This document shows positions 45,561 to 55,575 of a DNA stretch of 64,000 nucleotides, piece by piece. The notes under the pieces were generated by a model. It was not told where the DNA came from. It searched no databases and saw nothing but the letters and a program-made list of their open reading frames with translations. Where the stretch lies: contig CAZHDZ010000001.1 of NCBI GenBank assembly GCA_964531275.1, forward strand, positions 68,882 to 132,881, in the 5' to 3' direction. The stretch's first letter is position 1; each line of letters begins with the position of its first letter. The stretch is from an uncultured Gammaproteobacteria bacterium (lineage in GTDB: Bacteria > Patescibacteriota > Microgenomatia > Levybacterales > GWA1-39-11). A program made the translations under genes and the position numbers.

Positions 45561-45934
45561 TAATGCTCTGCTTTTTGTGCATCTTCTCTTGTTGTATGTA
45601 CGGTCCCATCTGGATGCTCAGGTGGTGCGTATACAGTGAAAAGTTTTAAATCTTCATCCCCAACATTTTGAAAGTTGTGTTTTGATCCCAATGGTACGAA
45701 GACAACATCATGCTCCCCAATCCTTCTTGCCTCACCATCGATGATTGCCTCGCCTTCTCCATCGATAATAAAAATTATTTGATCAGTATTTGGGTGAACT
45801 TCTTCCCCAATATCTTGATTAACAGGAATACACATTGCAACAATTTGACTGTGTTGACCTGTATATAGAACTTTTCTAAAATTCGTATTTTCTTTTGTTA
45901 GTTTTTTAATATCTTCAGCAAACATTTTTTTCAC
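45560..45934 (-). CDS. cupin-domain protein (paralogue of 556..960)
   Basis: FRKVLYTGQHSQIV…EVHPNTDQI…DGEGEA…FVPLGSKHN; same motif order as the other cupin. Confidence 0.6.
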   Translation of the reverse strand: MKKMFAEDIKKLTKENTNFRKVLYTGQHSQIVAMCIPVNQDIGEEVHPNTDQIIFIIDGEGEAIIDGEARRIGEHDVVFVPLGSKHNFQNVGDEDLKLFTVYAPPEHPDGTVHTTREDAQKAEH

Positions 45935-46037
45935 CCCCTCTTATAAATAGTTTTAATAATATAGGTAGTATACTAAGGAAGATCTGGGGAGTCATTGATC
46001 ATACTCACGCAGGAATTGTGATATTGATCAATAATTA

Positions 46038-48497
46038 TTAGTGGGATAGTGAGTCTTCTACTTCTTTCACTTTTATAGCTGTTTTAAGAACTGAATCAGG
46101 GTTTAATGATATCGAATCGATTCCTTCTTTTACTAAAAATTCTGCAAGCTCTGGAAAATCAGATGGACCTTGTCCGCATATTCCGACTTTCAATCCTTTT
46201 TCATGGGCCTTTTTGATAAGTTGAGAAATCATTATGTGTACTGCTTTATTATTTTCGTTGCCAATGTGGGCTATAAGTTTTGAGTCTCTATCTAATCCTA
46301 ATGTCAATTGTGTTAGATCATTGGATCCAATAGAAAAACCATCAAAAATTTCTGCGAAATCTTCTACAAGCAGGATGTTTGATGGTATTTCAGCCATTAC
46401 CCAGACATGGAGATTCTCATCCAGTTGAGAGGTATTAAGCATATTTTTTGCCTTATCGTGAGAAAGGCCATTTTTGGACATTTCCTCAAGAACTTTGCGT
46501 CCTTCCTCGGGGGTTCTGCAGAAAGGAATCATAACCTGCAAGTTGTATAGTCCCATTTCATTTCTAACTTTCTTAATTGCTTCACATTCAAGAGCAAATG
46601 CACGATTAAATTGTGGATCAGTATATCTACTTGCTCCACGCCATCCGATCATTGGATTTTCTTCATGTGGTTCATATAGATTGCCACCAATAAGCCCTGC
46701 GTATTCATTAGACTTAAAATCACTAAATCTTAGCAAGACCTCATTAGGGTAAAATGCAGCGGCTATCAATGCAATTCCGTAAGAAAGTTTCTCAATGTAA
46801 TAATCTACTTTATTTTCATAACCGCTCGTTGCAGCATCGATTTGTCTTTTTACCTCCAGATCTTCCAATTTATCGTAATCAAATAGTGCATTAGGATGAA
46901 TTTTTATAAAATTGGAGATAATAAATTCCTCACGGGCTAATCCAACTCCTTTATTAGGTATAAAGGCATAGTTGAAAACTAAATCTGGACTTGCCACTAT
47001 CATTTTGATCTCCGTTTTTGGTAATTCAAAATTTGTTAAATCAGTTTGGTCTATCCTAAATTTTAGTAATCCAGCATAAACATTGCCTAGTTCACCGTCC
47101 GCACAGCTGACAGTCACTTCCTGACCAGAAGCTATTGCAGTTGTGGCATTTCCACAACCAACTATTGCTGGTATGCCAAGTTCTCGAGATACAATTGCGG
47201 CATGGCTAGTTCTTCCTCCGGAATTTGTGACAATGGCACTCGCAATTTTCATAATAGGTTCCCAATCCGGATCCGTTATTTCCGCGACGAGTACTTCCCC
47301 CTGCTTGAATTCCGAGAGCTCGCTTGGGTCCTTGATAAAATGCGCTTTTCCTTGTCCGATTTTTCTACCAACTGATGCGCCACTTGTAAGTATTTCTGTT
47401 TTTTCTTCGAGTATATAATCTTCAAGAATTGTTTTGCTTTTTTTCGCTTGCACTGTTTCAGGACGTGCCTGCACGATATAGAGCTGATTATCTATTCCAT
47501 CATATGCCCACTCGATATCCATGGGCTTTTGATAATGATCTTCAATCATCATCCCCCACTGTGCAAGTCTGATAACAAACTCCTCTGAAAGTGCAAACAT
47601 CGCGCGCTCATTTGGTGACACCTGAACTTCTTTTGTGGCTGATGTACCATCTGTTGCATAAATGAGTTTTTTTTCTTTGCTTCCCAGCTTTTTACTAATA
47701 ATTGATCTGTATCCTTTTTTGAGTGTTGGCTTGAAGAGTACAAATTCATCGGGAGTAACAATACCTTTAACAATATATTCACCAAGACCCCATGAGCCAT
47801 TTATTAGTATTACGTCACGAAAGCCACTATCGGAGTCAAGTGTAAACATTACACCGCTTGCGCCTCTGTCAGATCGGGCCATTTTTTGCACGGAGACGGA
47901 GAGTGCAACTTTAAAGTGGTCAAAGTGTTGGTCAACTCTATATGAAATAGCTCTATTGGTAAAAAGTGAAGCAAACGCATTCTTGATTGCTTCAAGAACT
48001 TCATGCTGCCCATGTACATTTAAGTATGATTCTTGTTGACCGGCAAAGGAGGCATCCGGTAAGTCTTCTGCAGTAGCGGAGGAGCGAACAGCAACGTCTA
48101 CATCGCCTTGGATTGACAAGCGTCTTGCAAGCTCTTGATAAGCGCCGCAGATTGCAGTTGCCAATTCTTCTGGGAATGGGGCAGAGGTAATTAATTCCCT
48201 TACTTTACGTCCTGCTTCTTCAAGCGATTTAATATCACTTGTATCTAGACCTTCAAGGGCTTGATGAATTTTCTGATCGAGAGCATTTTTTTCAATGAAG
48301 TATTGATACGAGTATGCTGTAACGGCAAATCCATAAGGCACGCGAATTTTTTCACCGGGAAAAACTTCACTGGTAGTCTGGGAGAGGTTCTGATACATTT
48401 CGCCCAAGTTTGCGTTCTTGCCACCAACGAGTGGAATGTCATTCTTATTTATTTCATCAAACCAGAGAATATAATATTTCGATTTGTCATTTTCCAT
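46038..48497 (-). CDS. ppsA: phosphoenolpyruvate synthase (pyruvate, water dikinase)
   Basis: N-terminal ATP-grasp (VGGKNANLGEM), central phospho-His domain GGRTSHAAIVSRELGIPAIVG, C-terminal PEP-utilising TIM barrel; 819 aa. Confidence 0.85.
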   Translation of the reverse strand: MENDKSKYYILWFDEINKNDIPLVGGKNANLGEMYQNLSQTTSEVFPGEKIRVPYGFAVTAYSYQYFIEKNALDQKIHQALEGLDTSDIKSLEEAGRKVRELITSAPFPEELATAICGAYQELARRLSIQGDVDVAVRSSATAEDLPDASFAGQQESYLNVHGQHEVLEAIKNAFASLFTNRAISYRVDQHFDHFKVALSVSVQKMARSDRGASGVMFTLDSDSGFRDVILINGSWGLGEYIVKGIVTPDEFVLFKPTLKKGYRSIISKKLGSKEKKLIYATDGTSATKEVQVSPNERAMFALSEEFVIRLAQWGMMIEDHYQKPMDIEWAYDGIDNQLYIVQARPETVQAKKSKTILEDYILEEKTEILTSGASVGRKIGQGKAHFIKDPSELSEFKQGEVLVAEITDPDWEPIMKIASAIVTNSGGRTSHAAIVSRELGIPAIVGCGNATTAIASGQEVTVSCADGELGNVYAGLLKFRIDQTDLTNFELPKTEIKMIVASPDLVFNYAFIPNKGVGLAREEFIISNFIKIHPNALFDYDKLEDLEVKRQIDAATSGYENKVDYYIEKLSYGIALIAAAFYPNEVLLRFSDFKSNEYAGLIGGNLYEPHEENPMIGWRGASRYTDPQFNRAFALECEAIKKVRNEMGLYNLQVMIPFCRTPEEGRKVLEEMSKNGLSHDKAKNMLNTSQLDENLHVWVMAEIPSNILLVEDFAEIFDGFSIGSNDLTQLTLGLDRDSKLIAHIGNENNKAVHIMISQLIKKAHEKGLKVGICGQGPSDFPELAEFLVKEGIDSISLNPDSVLKTAIKVKEVEDSLSH

Positions 48498-48553
48498 AGC
48501 TATATAAGTTTAAACATTTTTTCGTAAGAAATTAAAGAGTTCTTTTCTATATC

Positions 48554-48961
48554 TTAAGGATGCTTTCTGCTAATGACTAGAGCAGTGATAAAAACCGAAA
48601 TCATAATTAGTTGACACCCGATGCAAATTGGACAAATGACATGTAGTTGAAATAATTCTTTGTATGCAATCCACAGGCAAAATCCCAGCCCAAGGGCAGA
48701 AGTTATAAGAAGCATTTTCCTCTTTTTAAGAATAGTTGAGAGGAAAATTACGAAATATCCAATAAGCCCATAAAGTGGAGTTGGAAGGCCAAAAGTATTG
48801 GCTACTTCACCGCTGATAACCGCATCGCAATTGATAAAACTATTTATAGTACAAGGGGGTATTGCTGGTTGAGTTGCTTGTTCCCAAAGAAGATAAATAG
48901 CTAGAATTATGCCTCCGACAGAAAGTGCCCTTATAATTCTAAATAGCGTTAGCGTTTGCAT
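48554..48961 (-). CDS. vitamin K epoxide reductase (VKOR)-family membrane protein
   Basis: Loop Cys pair (CTINSFINCDAV) plus TM CxxC (CPICIGC). Confidence 0.6.
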   Translation of the reverse strand: MQTLTLFRIIRALSVGGIILAIYLLWEQATQPAIPPCTINSFINCDAVISGEVANTFGLPTPLYGLIGYFVIFLSTILKKRKMLLITSALGLGFCLWIAYKELFQLHVICPICIGCQLIMISVFITALVISRKHP

Positions 48962-48963
48962 AG

Positions 48964-49449
48964 TTAGTGAAGTGCCTTTTCTAGTCTTTCGACTTCTTTT
49001 TTGTTCTCGATCTTTTCTATTTCACCAAAGGCAAGATCAATTATTTTTTTATTCGGTATTTTTAGTTCTGTTATGAAATTACCAACAACTTTCTTTGAAA
49101 GAGTAACAGGAAGATGCTGATTTATTTTCGAGAATAATGGTTTGTGCCCACCAATCAAGACCCCACTGATTCCTTCTCCTTTTACAAATTGCGCGGCTTC
49201 ACTTGCAGAATGCTTCAGATGTCTATGTAAATGATCTTCTATGTGCCTAAATATTTTATCTTGAGAATCCCAAGCATCGTCACCGTGTTTTACTTTTTTG
49301 GGTACATAATCTTTCTCAACCTTTTTTTCTGCTATGAGGTGATTGTCACTAACCAGAAGTAGTTTTGTATGCTCTCTATCTACAAGTAGTAAAAGGTATT
49401 TTTTTATTGCCATACAGTGATGGTATAGCATTATAGATACAGGTGACAT
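48964..49449 (-). CDS. host-attachment-protein-like (baeRF/eRF1-domain-like) protein
   Basis: N-term KKYLLLLVDREHTKLLLV and C-term GVLIGGHKPLFSKINQHL…KIIDLAFGEIE resemble the PF10116 pattern as I recall it. Confidence 0.3.
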   Translation of the reverse strand: MSPVSIMLYHHCMAIKKYLLLLVDREHTKLLLVSDNHLIAEKKVEKDYVPKKVKHGDDAWDSQDKIFRHIEDHLHRHLKHSASEAAQFVKGEGISGVLIGGHKPLFSKINQHLPVTLSKKVVGNFITELKIPNKKIIDLAFGEIEKIENKKEVERLEKALH

Positions 49450-49513
49450 TGATTTTCATCAATAATTATTTGTGATCTACATCACGGAAGAAGGCAACTA
49501 ATATATATAGAAT

Positions 49514-49870
49514 GTGAGGATGATAAAACTTATTGATAATGGGCTATATAGTCTTATACAAACTCATAATCAAACTAAAATAATTCGGATCGGTAAAAAG
49601 ACTTTTGCATGGGTCGTAGCTGGAAAAATTGGCGAGATTTTAGTTGCTACACACAAAAAACATGAGATAGATCACATTCTTGCGTTGGGAAATTACAGAA
49701 TGTATGAAGTGGAAGATGAACCTGATCTTGTAGATCTAATCCATCTCGAGTTATTTGTAGGGGAGGGACAATGGCAGGGATATTTGTTACCAACTGGATT
49801 GCCCAGTGATGGGAAGAAAAGAAGCGAAATTATTCCAACAGGTGAAATAATAACAAGGGCAACTCATTAA
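49514..49870 (+). CDS. hypothetical protein
   Basis: 118-aa ORF, no motif recognised. Confidence 0.3.
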   Translation: MRMIKLIDNGLYSLIQTHNQTKIIRIGKKTFAWVVAGKIGEILVATHKKHEIDHILALGNYRMYEVEDEPDLVDLIHLELFVGEGQWQGYLLPTGLPSDGKKRSEIIPTGEIITRATH

Positions 49871-49872
49871 AT

Positions 49873-50520
49873 CTAAATTCCTTCGCCTAATTGATCCTCG
49901 AGCTTTTGCATGCCCGGAATTAAAAGAATATTTTTTGAAAAGGTAACAAGCCCTCTATCTTTGAGTATCCTCATTTCTCTGCTTACTGTTTCTCTTGTCA
50001 TCCCACTTTGTGCCGCTAAATCTTTTTCACTAGTTTTTACTTCAATCCCGTTATCTTGTTTTTTTCCAAATCTTTTAGCTTGAATAATAATTTCTGTTAT
50101 AAGTCTTCCATTTGCATTTCCAGCCATAAGATACGTCATGCGTGTCAGAATTCCTTCCGTTCCTTTATACACTCGGCTTAATAGATCGTACATTACATCC
50201 GGTTCTCTTTTGATGAACTTATTGACGTCGTCACCAGGTGCTCGATACACATTGAGATTTGTCAAAGCTTCATAAAAATATGCGTTTGGAGTTTTATTTA
50301 TTGCCCATGACATCGGGAAAAAAGAGACAGATTTAAAAACATTTACTATCATCTCGTCACCTTTTCTGGAGATCGCGTATTTTTTTACTACACCTTCTTT
50401 TAAGTAAAATATTCCTGAAGGATCATCACCAGCCCTAACCAGAATTTCTCCCTTTTTATATTTCTGCTGCTTGTACTGTAAGAAAAAATTATCAATCTTT
50501 TTTGCAACGGAATTATCCAT
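49873..50520 (-). CDS. Crp/Fnr-family transcriptional regulator
   Basis: cNMP-binding beta-barrel (GEILVRAGDDPSGIFYLKEGVVK) and C-terminal HTH (RETVSREMRILKDRGLV). Confidence 0.75.
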   Translation of the reverse strand: MDNSVAKKIDNFFLQYKQQKYKKGEILVRAGDDPSGIFYLKEGVVKKYAISRKGDEMIVNVFKSVSFFPMSWAINKTPNAYFYEALTNLNVYRAPGDDVNKFIKREPDVMYDLLSRVYKGTEGILTRMTYLMAGNANGRLITEIIIQAKRFGKKQDNGIEVKTSEKDLAAQSGMTRETVSREMRILKDRGLVTFSKNILLIPGMQKLEDQLGEGI

Positions 50521-50598
50521 ATGGCTATTATACTCTCATACCTTATCGAGTATATATTTGAGCAGAAAAATTTACATCTTAGGTAGTATACTATTATC

Positions 50599-51063
50599 AT
50601 GAACAAGGCTGACCTAATTCAAATTCTCAAAAAAGAGCAGATTGCAGTTCTTTCCACAAATGATTCAGATAATAATGTACACGGCTCAACAATTTTCTTT
50701 ATTCATGATAAGAATTTAAACTTCTTTTTTTTAACTAAAGCAAACACACGAAAATATGAAAATATAACAGCAAATAAAAGAGGAGCCTTAACGGTAATTT
50801 TCTCAAATGAGCAAAAAACCGTACAGGCTGAGGGTGTTATTGAAGAAATCCCAAGAGGAGCAGAGGAATACCATAATGCAATTCTTCAGATGTCGGAAAA
50901 GAACGCAAAGCAAGGAGGTATATCCTGGCCACCACCAGTGTCAAAGTTGCCGGAAGCAGATATTGTTATATATAAATTGGTTGTAGATTGGCTAAGGTAT
51001 AGCGATTATTCTGGACAAGACACTGAAGTGTCTTATCAAATTATTCCCGATCAAAGTATTTAA
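50599..51063 (+). CDS. pyridoxamine 5'-phosphate oxidase-like FMN-binding split-barrel protein
   Basis: Size and N-terminal pattern (IAVLSTNDSDNNVHGSTIFFI) consistent with PNPOx-like family. Confidence 0.5.
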   Translation: MNKADLIQILKKEQIAVLSTNDSDNNVHGSTIFFIHDKNLNFFFLTKANTRKYENITANKRGALTVIFSNEQKTVQAEGVIEEIPRGAEEYHNAILQMSEKNAKQGGISWPPPVSKLPEADIVIYKLVVDWLRYSDYSGQDTEVSYQIIPDQSI

Positions 51064-51064
51064 T

Positions 51065-51742
51065 TTACTCCGACAGCTTTGCTATTAAATCATATGTATC
51101 CTTATGGTCGAGGTGAAAAAAGTTATGGCCGTATATTTGAATTATGTGTGAAGGTATTCCTTCAAGTATGCTATTTTTGAGTGGAATAAATTCATCATGT
51201 GATGCTGAAAGTGTAACCATCTTATTCTTTGGTATGGATCTCTGAGAAAGATTTTGAATAAGCTGGCTATGAGGGGTCATCTCACGTCCTTTTTTTGTAA
51301 AGCAGATAAGCCATGCAGCAGGAGTCCCACGAAGTGGTCCTCCAACGCTTATGAATTTTTTTATAGATTTCCATTTTTCAAACCGGGTGAGGTATTCCAA
51401 GCATACTATTGCGCCAGTGCTAATTCCAACAAGAGAAAAATTCTTTATTCCTAAGCTTTCAATTTGGAGATTAAGCTTCTTTGCGGTCGATTCAAAGCCT
51501 TCGTCCATGTCATTGAAGCTTAAAAGGTACGTTTGGAAGCCTTTCTTTTCCAGATAGTTTTGCCATAGTGCATGATACGCATTCGATTGAAACCAGCATT
51601 CTACTATTACTATTGTTCCTTTGGAATGTTGTAGGGTAGAAGGCTTTTTTGGGAATTTTAGAAAATTTATGATTGGATACGTAAAAAAATAATGTAGTTC
51701 TTTAAGTGGATAAATATAACGATCAAATAGGAAAGACTTCAT
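51065..51742 (-). CDS. alpha/beta hydrolase (lipase/esterase-like)
   Basis: Nucleophile elbow LVGISTGAIV, C-terminal SHDEF/H candidates. Confidence 0.5.
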   Translation of the reverse strand: MKSFLFDRYIYPLKELHYFFTYPIINFLKFPKKPSTLQHSKGTIVIVECWFQSNAYHALWQNYLEKKGFQTYLLSFNDMDEGFESTAKKLNLQIESLGIKNFSLVGISTGAIVCLEYLTRFEKWKSIKKFISVGGPLRGTPAAWLICFTKKGREMTPHSQLIQNLSQRSIPKNKMVTLSASHDEFIPLKNSILEGIPSHIIQIYGHNFFHLDHKDTYDLIAKLSE

Positions 51743-51862
51743 TGCTGAAGTATATCACGAGCAAATATTAGTCTTTTAAAAAAGTAAAAGGTGTGACCCA
51801 AATGATTTTGCCATAAGAACAAGTAGCGAACAGGCTTATTAGGATTACTGTATAATTACCTC

Positions 51863-53107
51863 ATGAAATTTTTGCATTTACGACTAATACTTCCTTTCCT
51901 TCTGTTGCTCGCTTTCGGGTGGGTACTTCTCAACTTAACAGGTGCGGGTTTTAAGATAGATAAATTTTTTAGAGAAAATTTTCTCTCAAAGAACAATGAA
52001 GAAATTCTGCTTGCTTCCTTTCAATTTCCAGGTAGCGAGGGCTTTTATGCAAATGGGCTCATTGCTGATGGGGTCGTATGGTCTGTCGATGGGGCAACAG
52101 GGAAAATATTGAGCAGTTTTGATCTTGCAACCCAACAAGAAAAGAAGATAACTTTATCTCATGGGCCAGCGATAATTTGTGCAACTTCACGGGAATTTCT
52201 AATTGTCACTTCTATGAATTCTAGTATGGCTAGACAAATATATCTTCTTGATTCCAAAGATGGCGCTATAAAGTGGCAAATTGAAGATAAGGATTTTAAT
52301 TGTTCGGGAGCAATAATAAGTGACAATGAAGTCTTGTCGATCAATTCTTCAAGTCTTTCTTCCACGATATACAGCATCCTAGAAAGAATAGATTTGAGGG
52401 ATGGATCAGTTAAGAAAATAGATTTGGGTAACAATCGTGTCCCTATTCTGCGAGGTGGTCTCGGTAGTGTCTCTAATGTCGTGTCTGTAAATGGAAATAA
52501 ATATTTTATGGTAGAGAATTGGGAAGTTAAGGAGAGAAGTCAGAAATATATTGAGCAAAGCGTGATCGGATTAGACCCATCCGGTAAAGTTATTCTAGAT
52601 CGTCCCGGTGCTTATTCATCTCAAATTGTTGCAAAGGACAATGTCATATACTACAACGAACAATTCGGAGAGCAGCACGAAGAAGAGTATTTGATAGCTT
52701 TTGATGTGCAATCCAACAAAGAACTATGGAGGCAGAAAAGTAATGGTCGCACCAGATTCTTAGCAATACAGGGTAATTATATAATTCAGGGGGATAACCG
52801 CATCTCTTCGCGTTCACTTACCAACGGAACAGTATCTTGGTCAAGGAGCATTATCAATATTATCAATAATCCATTCATTACTAACGCTATAGTTGTGGGG
52901 GATAAGATAGGTATTGTCTATACGGTGGTCGAAGTGCCGGGAATGTATCCTAAAATGTCTTACAATTTCGAGTTGATGAATGATCAGGGCAAAACACTTT
53001 ACACTTTAGTAGGCTTTGCTAAAGATCCTGAACCTAATATCCTTCTTACAAGTGAGAAGAATAATCTCTACTTAGCAGGTAAAGGGAATAAGGTTTATAA
53101 GTTTTAA
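51863..53107 (+). CDS. secreted protein with PQQ-like beta-propeller repeats
   Basis: Signal peptide, recurring G.IKW/ELWR repeat motifs (DGAIKWQIEDKD; NKELWRQKSNG). Confidence 0.4.
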   Translation: MKFLHLRLILPFLLLLAFGWVLLNLTGAGFKIDKFFRENFLSKNNEEILLASFQFPGSEGFYANGLIADGVVWSVDGATGKILSSFDLATQQEKKITLSHGPAIICATSREFLIVTSMNSSMARQIYLLDSKDGAIKWQIEDKDFNCSGAIISDNEVLSINSSSLSSTIYSILERIDLRDGSVKKIDLGNNRVPILRGGLGSVSNVVSVNGNKYFMVENWEVKERSQKYIEQSVIGLDPSGKVILDRPGAYSSQIVAKDNVIYYNEQFGEQHEEEYLIAFDVQSNKELWRQKSNGRTRFLAIQGNYIIQGDNRISSRSLTNGTVSWSRSIINIINNPFITNAIVVGDKIGIVYTVVEVPGMYPKMSYNFELMNDQGKTLYTLVGFAKDPEPNILLTSEKNNLYLAGKGNKVYKF

Positions 53108-53200
53108 TTAACTTAAATGTGACGGCACGGAATTTAGTAATCCCCGTGCTTATTAAAATGTACAAGCTATTTGGTCAACAATAATCGCATCATAAAACAT

Positions 53201-53842
53201 TTATAGCGCAGGTTCCTCTCTAGAGATGGTTCTTGTAGACCCGTCTATTTGTAAATCCTCTATAGGACCTTGGTAAATACTTTTGAAATTTGTATTGCTT
53301 TCTTGATCAAATCCAGTACGAAATACTGCTAATTCATATCCTCCGCTTGAAATATTTGCTTGAAGATATTTGGCAAGTATCATTGCATTTCCTTCTGTAG
53401 TTGTTTGTTTGCAAAATATTTCCATGCTAGGCTTATTCTCTACATATGTATGAAGCTCTGCCATAACAACATCATCCATTAACGCTTCTCCTGCTAAAGT
53501 TTCATGACTTGAGACATCAGACGACCAGCGGAGGACGCCATCCGGATAAAGTAAGGCGCGAACTGGGGACGAGTTGAGTTTTCTTGCGTGGCCAGCAAAA
53601 ACATCCCATATTGGCGCTGCATCATTTTCAAATATGTTTTGGGTATAAACTGTGTATTTTTTAGATCTATCACCATCTCCGGTTGGAGAAATAGTTTCTG
53701 CTGTTATTCCGTAATTGGTAAGTAATTCTTCTTCCTTTTGTAGACTTCGGGATAAGGCTCTTTCTCGAAGACGCCTAACAGTACCCATTATTTTGTACTT
53801 GAATGCCTGACTCTCGCCATTTTCCACAATATATCCTATCAT
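53201..53842 (-). CDS. hypothetical protein (accessory, next to GIY-YIG gene and tRNA)
   Basis: 213-aa ORF, no motif recognised. Confidence 0.3.
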   Translation of the reverse strand: MIGYIVENGESQAFKYKIMGTVRRLRERALSRSLQKEEELLTNYGITAETISPTGDGDRSKKYTVYTQNIFENDAAPIWDVFAGHARKLNSSPVRALLYPDGVLRWSSDVSSHETLAGEALMDDVVMAELHTYVENKPSMEIFCKQTTTEGNAMILAKYLQANISSGGYELAVFRTGFDQESNTNFKSIYQGPIEDLQIDGSTRTISREEPAL

Positions 53843-53929
53843 ACAATGAGTCTAGAATATTTGGACTAATATGAACTTAAAAATAAGAAGAAGTGACCCT
53901 ACCGGAATGGTTAGACCATGCTCACCATC

Positions 53930-54229
53930 TTATCGAAGATTATCCTTAGACAAGCTCCAGGATTTACTTAGCTGCTTTAATAGCTCTAAATTACCTTCAA
54001 TGAGGGCTTTCTTTTTTGCTACCGTCCAACGTTTTAATTGTAGTTCTCTTTTTTCTGCTTCTTTTCTTGTTTTGTATTCTTCCGTAAAGACTAATTCAAG
54101 ATAAGAAAACTCTTTCGTTGCAATGTTTTGTTTTGACTTGTGAGAATTTAGTCGTTGTTCAATATCATGAGTAAGACCAATGTAGTAAGTTTTCTTATCA
54201 CAAAAAAGAATATAAACAAACCAGCGCAT
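53930..54229 (-). CDS. GIY-YIG nuclease-domain protein (UPF0213-like)
   Basis: WFVYILFCDKKTYYIGLTHDIEQRLNSH…EEYKTRKEAEKRELQLKRW is the canonical GIY-YIG core. Confidence 0.8.
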   Translation of the reverse strand: MRWFVYILFCDKKTYYIGLTHDIEQRLNSHKSKQNIATKEFSYLELVFTEEYKTRKEAEKRELQLKRWTVAKKKALIEGNLELLKQLSKSWSLSKDNLR

Positions 54230-54266
54230 ACATTAATAATAAATGTAAAACCCTGAGCTTGTCGAA

Positions 54267-54340
54267 GGGTGACCCTACCGGAATTCGAATCCGGGTTTCT
54301 TGGATGAGAACCAAGTGTCCTAACCGCTAGACTATAGGGC
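54267..54340 (-). tRNA. tRNA-Glu (anticodon CUC)
   Basis: Reverse complement folds as a cloverleaf: acceptor GGCCCTA/TAGGGTC, D-arm GTCT…GGAC, anticodon stem CTTGG/CCAAG with loop TTCTCAT, T-arm CCGGA-TTCGAAT-TCCGG, discriminator A; CCA not encoded (ACCC). Confidence 0.8.
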
Positions 54341-54424
54341 CGAAATTAAAGCCCCTGAATTTATTCATAGGGCCGCAAGATTTCTATTATACTAAAATCC
54401 GACTTTGAACTCAATTTTACATTT

Positions 54425-55000
54425 TTGTTAATCCGGGTCAAAGTATTTGCTATACTTTCTTTAATGCTTAAAAAAATTCTTCTTGACAGCACAGAATTCC
54501 ACTTTAGCGATTCACACCTTCCAGCACTTATCCACGGGAAAGAAAATGAAGGATCTTCTCTCTTTACCATTAGTATGCTCGCTGATTTGCATAGCCAGGG
54601 ATTAAATGTTGTTGCACTTACAGGATTCGCTATGGCAAGTGATGAGCTCTACAAGCAAATTGGTGAAGAAGGAAAAGACAGGGTAGCAGTTTTTGTAAAA
54701 GAACAAACTCGAGAGTTTTTAGATTTTATTCAAAAACAAAATGATACACATAAAAGAGTAGTGTTGGTACAAAATATAGAGCTATTCGAAAAAGAAGTAC
54801 TCGATGCTGTAAGGGATTTTGAAAAGCTAGTAATAGCAGGAGATATTAGTAAGTGTTCATACAAAGAATCGCTTTTAAGTATTAATTTTGCTACTAAAAT
54901 TTATTTCTCTAAGTTGGATCAATCCCTACCGCCACTTCAGCAGTATGAGGGATATTTAAGTTCTACAAATACCAAAGGCACAATTTCAGTAGAAGTGTAA
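54425..55000 (+). CDS. hypothetical protein
   Basis: 191-aa ORF; true start may be an internal Met; no motif recognised. Confidence 0.3.
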   Translation: MLIRVKVFAILSLMLKKILLDSTEFHFSDSHLPALIHGKENEGSSLFTISMLADLHSQGLNVVALTGFAMASDELYKQIGEEGKDRVAVFVKEQTREFLDFIQKQNDTHKRVVLVQNIELFEKEVLDAVRDFEKLVIAGDISKCSYKESLLSINFATKIYFSKLDQSLPPLQQYEGYLSSTNTKGTISVEV

Positions 55001-55005
55001 AGCTA

Positions 55006-55575
55006 TTACCAGAGTTTGTCTGTCGGGATTTCAATATCTCCATTCTTAGATAAAATCTTTTCTAGAGTGCCATTCTCAGTATCTTGATAAAAATTTAATT
55101 GTCCATCTTGATTTCTTATATCTAAGCCATTATTTTTGAATACAAATCTTTTTCCACAATCAGTATTAATTGCAAAGCCGCATTTCTCATAAAAGCCTGC
55201 ATTTTTTGGCATGCAGTAGCCCAGTCCAATCTCACTATTTTCTATTAGCCAATTTCTAATTGCAGTCATAACTTCTTTTCCATAACCTTCACCTTTCTTA
55301 TTTGAAACAACTTCAATTACGCCAAATATTTTTAATCTTTGATCCTCAAAGAGAACTGGTTTTACTTCAAAGAGTCCTCCCATAGCCAATATATTCTCCA
55401 CATCTTTTAAGAGAAAGAACGTCTTTTTATTAAGATCATTGCCATCAAATTCAACACCAAATTCCCGAAGGATTGACCCGCGCATCTGAGAAAGTTCTGT
55501 GTCTTGTAATTCTGTACCATTCTTTATTTCTAACATTTCTAAATTATAACAGTCTGGTATACTGACATTATGCAA
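55006..55575 (-). CDS. GNAT-family N-acetyltransferase
   Basis: Acetyl-CoA motif region VVSNKKGEGYGKEVMTAI (Q/RxxGxG/A-like). Confidence 0.55.
   Translation of the reverse strand: MHNVSIPDCYNLEMLEIKNGTELQDTELSQMRGSILREFGVEFDGNDLNKKTFFLLKDVENILAMGGLFEVKPVLFEDQRLKIFGVIEVVSNKKGEGYGKEVMTAIRNWLIENSEIGLGYCMPKNAGFYEKCGFAINTDCGKRFVFKNNGLDIRNQDGQLNFYQDTENGTLEKILSKNGDIEIPTDKLW

Noticed and set aside
54361-54570. 69-aa minus-strand ORF next to the tRNA
   Set aside because: Overlaps the better-supported plus-strand ORF 54425..55000 and the AT-rich tRNA-flanking region; likely spurious.
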